From an uncultured Clostridia bacterium (GTDB lineage Bacteria; Bacillota; Clostridia; TANB77; CAG-508): DNA of 64,000 nucleotides. The notes under the pieces are model-generated. The model saw only the letters and a program-made list of their open reading frames with translations, did no database searches and was not told the origin of the DNA. Shown one piece after another: positions 42,512 through 52,927 of this stretch. A program made the translations under genes and the position numbers. The stretch covers positions 5,178 to 69,177 of the forward strand of contig CAJFRV010000003.1 in assembly GCA_904419495.1 (NCBI GenBank), in the 5' to 3' direction. How positions within the stretch are numbered: the stretch's first letter is position 1; every line of letters starts with the position of its first letter.

Positions 42512-42594
42512 ATAAATGTATTAGAAAATCAAAAAGAAGGATAAAAAGCAAATTTATAAAATATGATTAGAGATAGATACTCTAGTCATATTTT

Positions 42595-43119
42595 ATGAAT
42601 AAAAGAAAGAGAAAAAGTATGAGAATAGATAAGATAAATATTTTAAGAAGTATATTGATAATATTATTGCTATGTACATTTTTTATTATATTTGGATTTT
42701 CTAGTCAAAATGGAGAACAGTCAGGAGGAATCAGTAGAAAAATCACAGAAGTAATCTTAGAAAAATCAAATAGATATAATAACTTGAAGGAAGAAGATAA
42801 GGAGCCAATATTACATAGAACAGAAAGTATCATTAGGAAGATGGCACACTTTTCTATATATACAGTAATAGGGATATTATTAATGGGGCTTTTATGTACA
42901 TATAAGATAAAAAATAAATGGAGAATTGTAATAACTATTGTTACAGGAATGCTATATGCAATATCAGATGAATTTCATCAAAGTTTTTCTCCGGGAAGAA
43001 CTCCTAAGATAACAGATGTATACATAGATACATTAGGGGTATTTTTAGGAGTTTTGTTAATATTACTTATTGTAAAAATACATGATAAATATATTCATAG
43101 GAAATTAGAACATGACTAA
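42595..43119 (+). CDS. VanZ-family membrane protein
   Basis: KMAHFSIYTVIGILL and SDEFHQSFSPGRTPKITDVYIDTLGVFLG. Confidence 0.8.
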   Translation: MNKRKRKSMRIDKINILRSILIILLLCTFFIIFGFSSQNGEQSGGISRKITEVILEKSNRYNNLKEEDKEPILHRTESIIRKMAHFSIYTVIGILLMGLLCTYKIKNKWRIVITIVTGMLYAISDEFHQSFSPGRTPKITDVYIDTLGVFLGVLLILLIVKIHDKYIHRKLEHD

Positions 43120-43217
43120 AAAAGTCATATGGAAGGTATTTACATAAAAGGGAAGATGTAGTATAATATATATGTCGAAAAATGGGAATTTCATGTATTA
43201 TAGGGGGAAAATAAAAG

Positions 43218-43910
43218 ATGGATGTTAGGAATGAAACGTTAAATTATACACAAGATATCTTGTTAGTACCTAATAAAGGTACTAAAGAAATACTAAAAGA
43301 GATAAATATTTATAAATATGTAAAGAGAATATTGGATTTTTCACTTTCGTTAATAGGTTTAATTGTTTTATCACCTATTTTTTTAGTGGTAGCAATTCTT
43401 ATAAAAAAAGAATCTGATGGACCAGTCTTTTTTAAACATAAAAGAATAGGAAAAAATGGAAAAGAAATAGGAATATACAAGTTTAGAAGTATGGTTCCTA
43501 ATGCAGAAGAATTAATAAAAAAATTCACACCAGAGCAAATGAAAGAATTTAAGGAAAATTTCAAGTTAGAAAATGATCCAAGAATAACAAAAATAGGAAA
43601 ATTTTTAAGAAAAACAAGTTTAGACGAGTTACCTCAATTAATTAACATATTAAAAGGAGAATTATCAATAATAGGACCAAGACCAGTTATAAAAGAAGAA
43701 TTGGAAAAGTATGGGAATAACAAAGAAAAATTTTTAAGTGTTACACCGGGATTAACAGGATATTGGGCAGCAAATGGTAGAAGTGATACTACATATGAAC
43801 AAAGAATGATGATGGAATTATATTATGTAGATAATTTATCATTTAGACTAGATATAAAAGTATTTTTAAAAACAGTAGTTTCAGTACTAAAAAAAGAAGG
43901 GGCAAAGTAA
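43218..43910 (+). CDS. undecaprenyl-phosphate sugar phosphotransferase (small bacterial sugar transferase, initiating enzyme)
   Basis: KRILDFSLSLIGLIVLSPIF, FKHKRIGKNGKEIGIYKFRSM, DELPQLINILKGELSIIGPRP. Confidence 0.88.
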   Translation: MDVRNETLNYTQDILLVPNKGTKEILKEINIYKYVKRILDFSLSLIGLIVLSPIFLVVAILIKKESDGPVFFKHKRIGKNGKEIGIYKFRSMVPNAEELIKKFTPEQMKEFKENFKLENDPRITKIGKFLRKTSLDELPQLINILKGELSIIGPRPVIKEELEKYGNNKEKFLSVTPGLTGYWAANGRSDTTYEQRMMMELYYVDNLSFRLDIKVFLKTVVSVLKKEGAK

Positions 43911-43913
43911 AAA

Positions 43914-45740
43914 ATGAAAACAGAATTAAATGAAAAAGTTTCGATAATAACTCCTGTATATAATTGTGAAAAATATATAAGTCAAACAATAGAAAGTGTT
44001 CAAAATCAAACTTATTCAAATTGGGAACTTATATTAGTAGATGATTTATCAACAGATAATTCGGCAGATATTATAGAAAAATATATACAGAAAGATGATA
44101 GAATTAAATATTTTAAATTAAAAGAAAATTCAGGTGCGGCAGTAGCGAGAAATTTTGCTTTACAAAAATCCACAGGAAGATATGTAGCATATTTAGATGC
44201 AGATGACTTATGGGAAAAAGAAAAACTCCAAGAGCAAATTAACTTTATGAAAGAACATAAAGTTGGGTTTACATGTACCAGTTATAAAAAAATTGATGAA
44301 GAAAATAACTATAAAAAAACAGTAATTATACCAAGTAAAATTAACTATGCATTTTTTCTTAGAAATACAATCATACAAACAGTAGGAGTAATGGTTGACA
44401 CAGATATAATAGATAAAAAATTATTAGTTATGCCAAACATAAGAAGAAGACAAGATGCTGCTACATGGTGCCAAATTTTAAAAGCAGGATATGAATGCTA
44501 TGGAATAGATAAACCTTTAGCATATTATAGAATTGTTTCTAATTCTTTGTCTAGTAATAAATTTAAAGCTGTAAAAGGAACATGGTTTTTATACAGAAAA
44601 ATTGAGAAACTAAGTTTATTAAAATCATGTTTTTGTTTTATTGGATATGCATGGAATGCATGTAAAAAAAGAATATATATAAAAAAAAAAAGAAATATAA
44701 TTAATTTTTACGGACCGATAGATGATTTACAAGGTCCTGGAATAAAAAATAAAAATATGCTAAAATACTTAGAAAAAGAATATAAAATGAAGAAATACAA
44801 TACATATGATACGACTATTTTTAATAGAATTAAGTTTATTACATCACTGATTTTTACAAATAAAAAAGTCATTATAGCAGTTTCTTCTCGAGGAAGAAAA
44901 ATTGTATGCCCAATTATATATATGAAAACAAAATTAAATAAAAAGTTCCAATATTGTTTTGTTATAATAAATGGATATATTTTAAATGAAATAGAGCAAA
45001 AAGGAAAAAGAAATAAAAAAATAATGCTTGAAGTGTTGGAACATAGCCAAGTAAATTTTGTAGAAATTCAAAAAGTTAAAGAAGACTTAGAAGGAAAATA
45101 TAATTTAAATAATATAAAATTATTTGAAAATTTTAAACCTGATGAAAATTATATAAATATAGAAAATTTTGAAAAATTTAAAAATAAAGAACTAAAATTG
45201 GTTTTTTTGGCAAGAGTGTGTAAAGAAAAAGGAATAGACACAATTATTCAAGTTGTTAGAGAACTAAGAGAAGAAGGCATAAAATTATTATTAGACATTT
45301 ATGGTCCAATATTTGAAAATGCAAAACAAGATATAAAAAATATAGAAAATGTTGATTATATAAATTACAGGGGCATAGCTCAAAATAAAGAAGTGACTAA
45401 AATATTAAGTGCTTATGATATATATGTGTTTCCAACTATACATAAAAGAGAAGGTTTTCCAGCAACGATAATAGATGCATATTCTGCTGGACTGCCAGTT
45501 GTTGCAAGTGACATATGTTATAATAAATATATTGTAATTGACAAACAAAATGGATATATATATAATCAAAATGAAAATGGAAAAGAAAATTTGAAAGAGA
45601 TTATTAAATATATTATGAATCGTCCAGAAGAATTAAAGGAGATTTCAAAAAATAACTATAAAAAATCTTTAGAATATAAATCTAGTGTTGTTTTAAATAA
45701 ATTTATGAGTGATTTTAATGCAATTAATTGGAAAATATAA
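43914..45740 (+). CDS. bifunctional glycosyltransferase: N-terminal GT2 fused to a C-terminal GT4-like domain
   Basis: GT2 motifs: VSIITPVYNCEKYISQTIESVQNQTYSNWELILVDDLSTD and LDADD. GT4 motif: EGFPATIIDAYSAGLPVVASD. The domains are joined at IYIKKKRN, which is encoded by an A11 run. Confidence 0.8.
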   Translation: MKTELNEKVSIITPVYNCEKYISQTIESVQNQTYSNWELILVDDLSTDNSADIIEKYIQKDDRIKYFKLKENSGAAVARNFALQKSTGRYVAYLDADDLWEKEKLQEQINFMKEHKVGFTCTSYKKIDEENNYKKTVIIPSKINYAFFLRNTIIQTVGVMVDTDIIDKKLLVMPNIRRRQDAATWCQILKAGYECYGIDKPLAYYRIVSNSLSSNKFKAVKGTWFLYRKIEKLSLLKSCFCFIGYAWNACKKRIYIKKKRNIINFYGPIDDLQGPGIKNKNMLKYLEKEYKMKKYNTYDTTIFNRIKFITSLIFTNKKVIIAVSSRGRKIVCPIIYMKTKLNKKFQYCFVIINGYILNEIEQKGKRNKKIMLEVLEHSQVNFVEIQKVKEDLEGKYNLNNIKLFENFKPDENYINIENFEKFKNKELKLVFLARVCKEKGIDTIIQVVRELREEGIKLLLDIYGPIFENAKQDIKNIENVDYINYRGIAQNKEVTKILSAYDIYVFPTIHKREGFPATIIDAYSAGLPVVASDICYNKYIVIDKQNGYIYNQNENGKENLKEIIKYIMNRPEELKEISKNNYKKSLEYKSSVVLNKFMSDFNAINWKI

Positions 45741-45764
45741 AGAATATCAGAGAGGAACTATATC

Positions 45765-46718
45765 ATGAAGAATAAATTAAAATTGATAAAAAGATGGAAA
45801 GATATGCTTACAGGAAAAAGTACATTTAATGTTAAACAAGGCGTAGGAAAAATATATTCAGAAACAGAAATAAAAGGATATTATAATGATTTAACAAATA
45901 AGGTATCAAATAATACAGTTTTAGATAGAGAAGGTATACCTGTAAATACAACGATAGCAGGAGTTAAAGCATATTTTCCAATTTCAATTTTTCAGTATGG
46001 ATTAGGTGTGTATGATTTATTTTTATTAGAAAATAAAGAAGAATATTTAGAAAAATTTTTTAGAATTGCTGATTGGGCGGTAGAAAATCAGGATAAAGAT
46101 GGAATGTGGGATTGTTTTGCAAAGTTAAAGGATAAAGCTCATAAAACACAATCTTCAATGTGTCAAAGTCAAGGAGTTTCTGTTTTACTTAGAGCATATA
46201 TACAAAAAGATGAAAGAAAATATTTTGATGCAGCAAAAAAAGCAATAGATTTTATGATAAAAGATGTAAAGGATGGAGGAACATGTTTATATCAGGATAA
46301 TAACGTGATATTTCAAGAATATGTGTCAGAGTATAATTTATCAGTATTAAATGGTTGGATATTTTCTATATTTGGATTATATGATTTTTGTCTTATTGAA
46401 AAAGAAAAGAAATACAATGAAATTTTAGAAAAAACAATAAAAACACTATCTCAAACATTAAAAGAATATGATAGAAAATATTGGTCTAACTATGATTTGA
46501 AGAGAACGATAGCAAGTCCAGCTTATCATAATTTACATATAATGCAATTACAATTATTATATGATATATTCAAAAAGAAAGAATTTAAAGAATTTGTCGA
46601 TAAATGGACAAAATATGAAAATAGTAAGATAAATAGATTTAGAGCTATAATTATTAAGTTAAAACAAAAACTTTTTCCAAATGAGTATTACGATATAAAT
46701 ACTAGTTTGCAAAAATAA
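45765..46718 (+). CDS. D-glucuronyl C5-epimerase-like protein (GLCE C-terminal domain homologue)
   Basis: [51 protein letters not shown] and [31 protein letters not shown]. These parallel animal GLCE ([62 protein letters not shown]). Confidence 0.75.
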   Translation: [317 protein letters not shown]

Positions 46719-46728
46719 AGGGGGAAAA

Positions 46729-47919
46729 ATGAAAAAATTACTTATATATGAAGATAAAAATAAAATATTACCAACAGGAGGTCCAGAAGGATACTTATAT
46801 AATTTGATGATAGGGTTAAAAGAGTATAATCAAAATGATTTTGAGATTGAATTTCTGGAAGAAACTCCTAATAAAACAAAGCAAAAATTGAAAGAATTTT
46901 ATATGAAATTACCTAAAAAAATTAAAGGAAAATTAAAGTGTTTAAATGCTGAAAAGTTTTATAAGAGTATGAAAAATGATGAATTAATTAATAACAAAAT
47001 AGATTTTAGCCAATATGATTATATACATTTTCATTATACCTTTGATTTGTACAAAAATAAAAGCAAATTGAAGGACTATAAGGGAAAAATAATTTTAACA
47101 TCACATTCTCCAGAACCATATCATTTGGAGTATATTGATAAAATTTATGATTTAGTTAACGATAAAAGTGTTTATAAAAAATTTGCAGCTTTTGAGGAAT
47201 TTGATAGATATGCATTTGAAAGAGCGGATTATGTTTTTTTTCCTTGTGAAGAAGCAGAAGAGCCATATAGTAAAAATTGGGATTTTTTTGATAAATTTAA
47301 AAGAGAACATAAAGATAAATTTAGATATATTTTATCGGGAGTAGAAAAAAAGCAAGTTACTGTGTCTCCTGAAGAAATAAGAGAAAAATATAAAATACCA
47401 TCTTCAGCATTTGTTATATCATATGTTGGAAGACATAATGAAGTGAAAGGTTATGGAGATTTAAAACTAATTGGTCAAAAAATTCTAAAAGAAAATGATG
47501 ATATATATTTTATATGTGCTGGTAAAGAAGGTCCTATGTATAAGTTAGAAAATGAAAGATGGATTGAAGTGGGGTGGACAAATGATCCGGCTTCAATAAT
47601 TAATGCAAGCAATTTATTTATTTTACCAAATAAAGAAACTTATTTTGATTTAGTTTTTTTAGAGGTTTTATCAATAGGCGTACCTATATTAGCATCAGAT
47701 TGTGGAGGAAATAGGTATTTTAACAAATATAAAACCAATGGAATAGTCTTGTTTAAAAGTATAGAAGATGCTTGCAACAAGATTTTAAAATTAAAACCGG
47801 ATTTAACAGATAAGGATAAAATACAAGAAATAAAAAGAGAATTAAAAGGGATATATGAGAAAGATTTTTCTTCACAAATATTTGCAAAGAATTATATTGA
47901 ATTATTGAAATCTATATGA
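46729..47919 (+). CDS. GT4-family glycosyltransferase
   Basis: 396 aa with ISYVGRHNEVKGYGDL and FLEVLSIGVPILASDCGGN. Confidence 0.75.
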   Translation: MKKLLIYEDKNKILPTGGPEGYLYNLMIGLKEYNQNDFEIEFLEETPNKTKQKLKEFYMKLPKKIKGKLKCLNAEKFYKSMKNDELINNKIDFSQYDYIHFHYTFDLYKNKSKLKDYKGKIILTSHSPEPYHLEYIDKIYDLVNDKSVYKKFAAFEEFDRYAFERADYVFFPCEEAEEPYSKNWDFFDKFKREHKDKFRYILSGVEKKQVTVSPEEIREKYKIPSSAFVISYVGRHNEVKGYGDLKLIGQKILKENDDIYFICAGKEGPMYKLENERWIEVGWTNDPASIINASNLFILPNKETYFDLVFLEVLSIGVPILASDCGGNRYFNKYKTNGIVLFKSIEDACNKILKLKPDLTDKDKIQEIKRELKGIYEKDFSSQIFAKNYIELLKSI

Positions 47920-48106
47920 AAGAAATATTTCTATAAGTATAGCTAATTAGTATTAAAAATGTAATTGATAGAAGAATGTATTTACAAGACTGAAAAATAT
48001 TAGCTAGGAACAATGATAGCATAAAGTGAAAATCCAAAAATAATAATACTATCATAAAAACGAAATTGCTACAACTATTTGAATTTATGAAGTACAGGAG
48101 AAAATA

Positions 48107-49153
48107 ATGAAAATTTCAAAAAGCCAAATAAATAATTTTGTTTTTTACATTTCATATACACTAATATTAATGAGTGTAATGTTTTATTATGTAAATGGAA
48201 TCAATAAAGTACTTAATATATTAAGTGATTTTGCAATAGCTGTATTGATATTTAATTTTGCGATACAAGCAAAGAAGTATAAGAAAAAAGAAATTTTTAT
48301 ATTATTTTTGTTAATTATTCTAAGCATTTTGGTAACATTTTTTTCAAAAGAAAAGCAAATTATGAGACTAGTATTATTAATTTGTACTGCAATTAGTATA
48401 GACTTCAAAAAATTTGTTAAATATGATTTTAAAGTGAAAATTATATTTGCTGCTATTATTATAACATGTTATTATTTGGGGCTTACAGAAGTTTATTATA
48501 TGTATAGAGAAGATGGGACGATTCGTAGTTCGATGGGATTTTCTCATCCTAATGTGTTTGGAGGATTTATATTTTCTATTATATGTGATTATATTTTTTT
48601 GAGAGCAAAAAAGCTAAATATATTAGATGTTATAATAATAGTGTCATCAAGTTTTATAGTATCATATTTTTCTGATAGTAGGACTTCACAAATATGTATT
48701 ATTTTAGTCTTGATTGGAGCTATATTTGTAAAATTTGATAAAATGAAAATATTAGATTGCAAAGTAATGAAAATTTTTATAAGAAATTCATTTTTCATAT
48801 TTGCTATAATGAGTTTTTTATTGGCTTATTTATACAGTCAGAATAATCCGATTGTAATTAATTTGAATGAAAAATTTAGTGGAAGAATAAGCTTTATATC
48901 TAGATTTTTTGAGGAATATGATATTCATTTGTTCGGTCAGGAGATTGAAATAGTGGGTACAGTATTAAGCCAAAAAACAGGAAAAGCTGCTTGGATTTTA
49001 GATAATGCTTATTCTATGATTTTGCTTAGATATGGGTTAATTACATTTTTATTAATGGGATATGCTTTAAATAAATTTTTTAGATATGCATATAAAGAAA
49101 ATAAATATATTTTAATTATAATGCTGATTTTTCTGATTCTTCGGGATTGTTGA
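48107..49153 (+). CDS. wzy: Wzy-like polysaccharide polymerase / O-antigen-ligase-family membrane protein
   Basis: 348 aa with about 10 TM segments, located inside a GT/flippase locus. There is no soluble domain. Confidence 0.55.
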   Translation: MKISKSQINNFVFYISYTLILMSVMFYYVNGINKVLNILSDFAIAVLIFNFAIQAKKYKKKEIFILFLLIILSILVTFFSKEKQIMRLVLLICTAISIDFKKFVKYDFKVKIIFAAIIITCYYLGLTEVYYMYREDGTIRSSMGFSHPNVFGGFIFSIICDYIFLRAKKLNILDVIIIVSSSFIVSYFSDSRTSQICIILVLIGAIFVKFDKMKILDCKVMKIFIRNSFFIFAIMSFLLAYLYSQNNPIVINLNEKFSGRISFISRFFEEYDIHLFGQEIEIVGTVLSQKTGKAAWILDNAYSMILLRYGLITFLLMGYALNKFFRYAYKENKYILIIMLIFLILRDC

Positions 49154-49243
49154 AAATACAATGTTTGAAGTACATTATAACATTTTTTGGCTATATCTTG
49201 CAAATATTTTATATAGTAAAAATAATAAAACTTTGGAGGAATA

Positions 49244-50348
49244 ATGTTAATGAAATATGATTATTTAATAGTAGGTTCAGGACTGTTTGGTTCTATATTT
49301 GCATATGAAGCAAATAAAAGAGGAAATAAATGTTTAGTAATAGAAAAAAGAAATCATATTGGAGGAAATATATACACAGAAAACATTGAAGGAATAAATG
49401 TACATAAATATGGTGCGCACATATTTCATACAAGTAATAAAGAAGTATGGGAATATATCAATCAATTTGCTGAATTTAATAGATATACGAATTCTCCCAT
49501 TGCCAGATATAAAGATGAAGTATATAATATGCCATTTAATATGAATACCTTTAATAAATTATGGGGAGTATTTACACCAGATGAAGCAAAGAAAAAAATA
49601 AAAGAAGAATTAAGAGAAGTAAATATAGATAAACCTAAAAACTTAGAAGAACAGGCAATAAAGCTAGTAGGAAAAACAATTTATGAAAAATTAGTAAAAG
49701 GATACACAGAAAAGCAATGGGGGATGAAAGCAACAGAATTACCTCCATTTATTATAAAAAGGTTACCAGTTCGATTTATTTATGATAATAATTATTTTAA
49801 TGATATATATCAGGGAATACCAATAGGAGGATATACTCGGAATTATAGAGAAAATGCTTCACGGAATTGAGGTGAGATTAAATTATGATTATTTTGAACA
49901 TAAGAAAGAAATGAAAGGTATAGCGGAAAAAATCATATATACAGGACCAATAGACCAATATTATGAATATTGCTATGGAGAACTAGAATATAGATCAGTA
50001 AGATTTGAAACAGAAATATTAAATATGGAGAATTATCAAGGAAATGCAGTAGTTAACTATACTGAATATGAAATACCATATACAAGGATTATAGAACATA
50101 AACATTTTGAGTTTGGAACACAACCTAAAACAATCATTTCGAGAGAATATTCGGATAAATGGACTAAAGATAAAGAACCATACTATCCAATAAATAATGA
50201 TAAAAATAATGAACTTTATATGAAGTATAAAAAATTGGCTGATAGTGAAAGTAATGTGATTTTTGGTGGAAGATTAGGGCAATATAAATATTATGATATG
50301 GATAAAGTTATTGAAGAAACTTTGCAAAAAGTAAGGGAAATATTATAG
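49244..50348 (+). pseudogene. glf: UDP-galactopyranose mutase, split by a 1-nt frameshift at about 49841
   Basis: ORF1 begins YDYLIVGSGLFGSIFAYEA (FAD site) and continues to ..YQGIPIGGYTR. The homology then continues in the next frame as IIEKMLHGIEVRLNYDYF... (ORF2). cggaatt would restore the frame if it were cggatt. Confidence 0.85.
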
Positions 50349-50398
50349 AAACAAATATTTAATAAGAATAGATTTTCAAAGAAAGGTAGAATTTTATT

Positions 50399-51454
50399 AT
50401 GGAAGAAAAGGTATCTATAATAGTGCCGATATACAATATGGAAAAACTTTTATCTCGCTGTATTAATAGTATAATAAGTCAAGACTATAAAAATATAGAA
50501 ATAATATTAATAAATGATGGATCTAAAGATAATAGTCTTAATATATGTAACAAATATAAAATATTAGATAATAGAATACAAGTATGCAATAAAGAAAATG
50601 AAGGAGTTTCAGTAGCACGTAATAGAGGAATAGAGTTGTCTACTGGAAAATGGATAATGTTTGTGGATCCAGATGATTATTTAAAACCAAATATAGTATC
50701 GTCTTTATTAAAACGATTAGATAAAGAAAGTGATATTATTTCATGTAGTTGCGAAGTAGAAGATGGAGCAAAAAAAATAGTATGTCATTTTTTTGAAGGC
50801 GATTTTATAACTGCTACAAAGAAGGAAAAGAATAAATTATATTTACAACTTATGGATTCGAATTTTGGACAGAAGGGCAAAATATATACTGCTATTGGAG
50901 TACCATGGGGAAAATTATATAGAAAAGATTTTTTGAATAAATATAATTTAAGATTTAAGAAAGATTTAAAAAGAATGCAAGATAATATATTTAATATGAA
51001 TGCATTTTACTATGCAAAAAGAATCAAATATATAGATGAACCGTTATATATTTATAATTATGAACATATTAAGGATTTTACTACAAAATACAAAATAGAC
51101 AATACCATATTTATGAACAGGATAGTTACAGAGAGGTCTAAACTATTAAAAGAAACAGGACTAATTGAAGATAAGATTTTGTATTTATATTATATAAAAG
51201 AATCAATTTCTTTTATAAATACTATTATAAGTAACATTATATTAGATAAAATTAACAAAAAAACATTAAAAGATAAAATTGATCTAATAAAAAAATATTG
51301 CAATAATGATAATTTTAAATTTCTACAGAATGAAAAAATATCAATTAAAAAATTGGGATTAAAAAAATGGTTAATTATAACATTAATTAAAAACAATTTA
51401 TATTATTTATTATATTTTGCATTATTTATAAAATGTAAAATAAATTTGAGATAA
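50399..51454 (+). CDS. GT2-family glycosyltransferase
   Basis: VSIIVPIYNMEKLLSRCINSIISQDYKNIEIILINDGSKD and FVDPDD. Confidence 0.85.
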   Translation: MEEKVSIIVPIYNMEKLLSRCINSIISQDYKNIEIILINDGSKDNSLNICNKYKILDNRIQVCNKENEGVSVARNRGIELSTGKWIMFVDPDDYLKPNIVSSLLKRLDKESDIISCSCEVEDGAKKIVCHFFEGDFITATKKEKNKLYLQLMDSNFGQKGKIYTAIGVPWGKLYRKDFLNKYNLRFKKDLKRMQDNIFNMNAFYYAKRIKYIDEPLYIYNYEHIKDFTTKYKIDNTIFMNRIVTERSKLLKETGLIEDKILYLYYIKESISFINTIISNIILDKINKKTLKDKIDLIKKYCNNDNFKFLQNEKISIKKLGLKKWLIITLIKNNLYYLLYFALFIKCKINLR

Positions 51455-51483
51455 ATATTTTATGATATAAAGGAAGAAAGAAA

Positions 51484-52926
51484 ATGAATAGCGTCAAGAA
51501 AAATTTTATGTATAATACAGCATATCAAATATTAATATTAATTATACCATTGGTGACAGCACCCTATTTATCTAGAGTAATAGGTGCCGAAGGGATAGGT
51601 ATATATTCATATACATATTCAATTGCATATTATTTTGGATTATTTATATTGTTAGGATTGAATAATTATGGTAATAGAAAAATAGCACAAGTAAAAGATA
51701 ATAAAGAAAAATTATCAAAAGAGTTTTTATCTATTTATCTTATGCAGGTTATGATGTCTATAATTGTGATAGGGATATACGGAATATATATAACATTAAA
51801 TAATTATACTTATAAAATAATTCAGGTTATACAAATTGTTTATCTAATTTCTGTTGCATTAGATATTAATTGGTTGTTTTTTGGATTAGAAAAGTTTAAA
51901 ATAACAGTAACAAGAAATTTTTTAATAAAAATTTTGACTTTTATTTGTATATTTATATTTGTAAAAAATGAACAAGATTTATGGGTGTATACTTTAATTA
52001 TGAGTTTATCATATTTGATAAGTCAATGTTGTTTATTTCCATTTTTAAAAAAAATCATACAACCTGTTAAGGTTACTTTTAAAGATGTTATAAAACATAT
52101 AAAACCTAACTTGATATTATTTATACCTGCAATATCCGTAAGTGTATATAAAGTTATGGACAAAATAATGTTAGGGAGCATGACGAATATGACAACAGTA
52201 GGATTTTATGAAAATGCAGAAAAGATTATAAATATACCTACAACAATTATTACCGCACTAGGAACAGTAATGTTACCAAGAGTATCAAATCTTGTTTCAA
52301 ATGGCAAGGAGGAAGAAGCAAAAAGATATACAGATATATCAATGAAGTTCATGATGTTTTTAGCTATACCATTTACACTAGGAATAATGGCCGTGATAGA
52401 AAACTTAGCTCCGATATATTTTGGAGAAGATTTTGCTTTAACAGGTACATTTGCTAAATACTTAAGCTTGACGCTTCCTTTTGTCTCTTGGGCAAATGTA
52501 ATTAGAACACAATATTTATTACCAAAAGAAAAGGATAAATTATATATAGTTTCTATTATTAGTGGAGCAGTCATAAATTTAGTTTTTAATTTGATTCTGA
52601 TAAAACAATATCAGGGAATGGGGGCAATTATTTCAACTATAATGGCGGAGTTTACAGTAATGATAATTCAAACAGTATATGTTATAAATAAAATGAACAT
52701 AAAGCAATATTTTAAGGAAACAGTATTTTTTTTAATAAAAGGTTTAATTATGTACTTTTTAGTTATTAGTTTAGAAAGTTGGATAGAAAACATTATAATA
52801 TTGATAATTCTTCAGGTGATTTCTGGAGTGTTAATATATACTATATTAAATTATAAATATATATATAGCTTAATAAAGGATTTTAATCCCATAAAATTAG
52901 ATAAAAGAAAGGTTGTGAAGGAATAA
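51484..52926 (+). CDS. wzx: Wzx-type oligosaccharide flippase (MOP superfamily)
   Basis: 480 aa with about 12-14 TM segments; N-terminus NTAYQILILIIPLVTAPYLSRVIGAEGIGIYSY. Confidence 0.8.
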   Translation: MNSVKKNFMYNTAYQILILIIPLVTAPYLSRVIGAEGIGIYSYTYSIAYYFGLFILLGLNNYGNRKIAQVKDNKEKLSKEFLSIYLMQVMMSIIVIGIYGIYITLNNYTYKIIQVIQIVYLISVALDINWLFFGLEKFKITVTRNFLIKILTFICIFIFVKNEQDLWVYTLIMSLSYLISQCCLFPFLKKIIQPVKVTFKDVIKHIKPNLILFIPAISVSVYKVMDKIMLGSMTNMTTVGFYENAEKIINIPTTIITALGTVMLPRVSNLVSNGKEEEAKRYTDISMKFMMFLAIPFTLGIMAVIENLAPIYFGEDFALTGTFAKYLSLTLPFVSWANVIRTQYLLPKEKDKLYIVSIISGAVINLVFNLILIKQYQGMGAIISTIMAEFTVMIIQTVYVINKMNIKQYFKETVFFLIKGLIMYFLVISLESWIENIIILIILQVISGVLIYTILNYKYIYSLIKDFNPIKLDKRKVVKE

Positions 52927-52927
52927 A

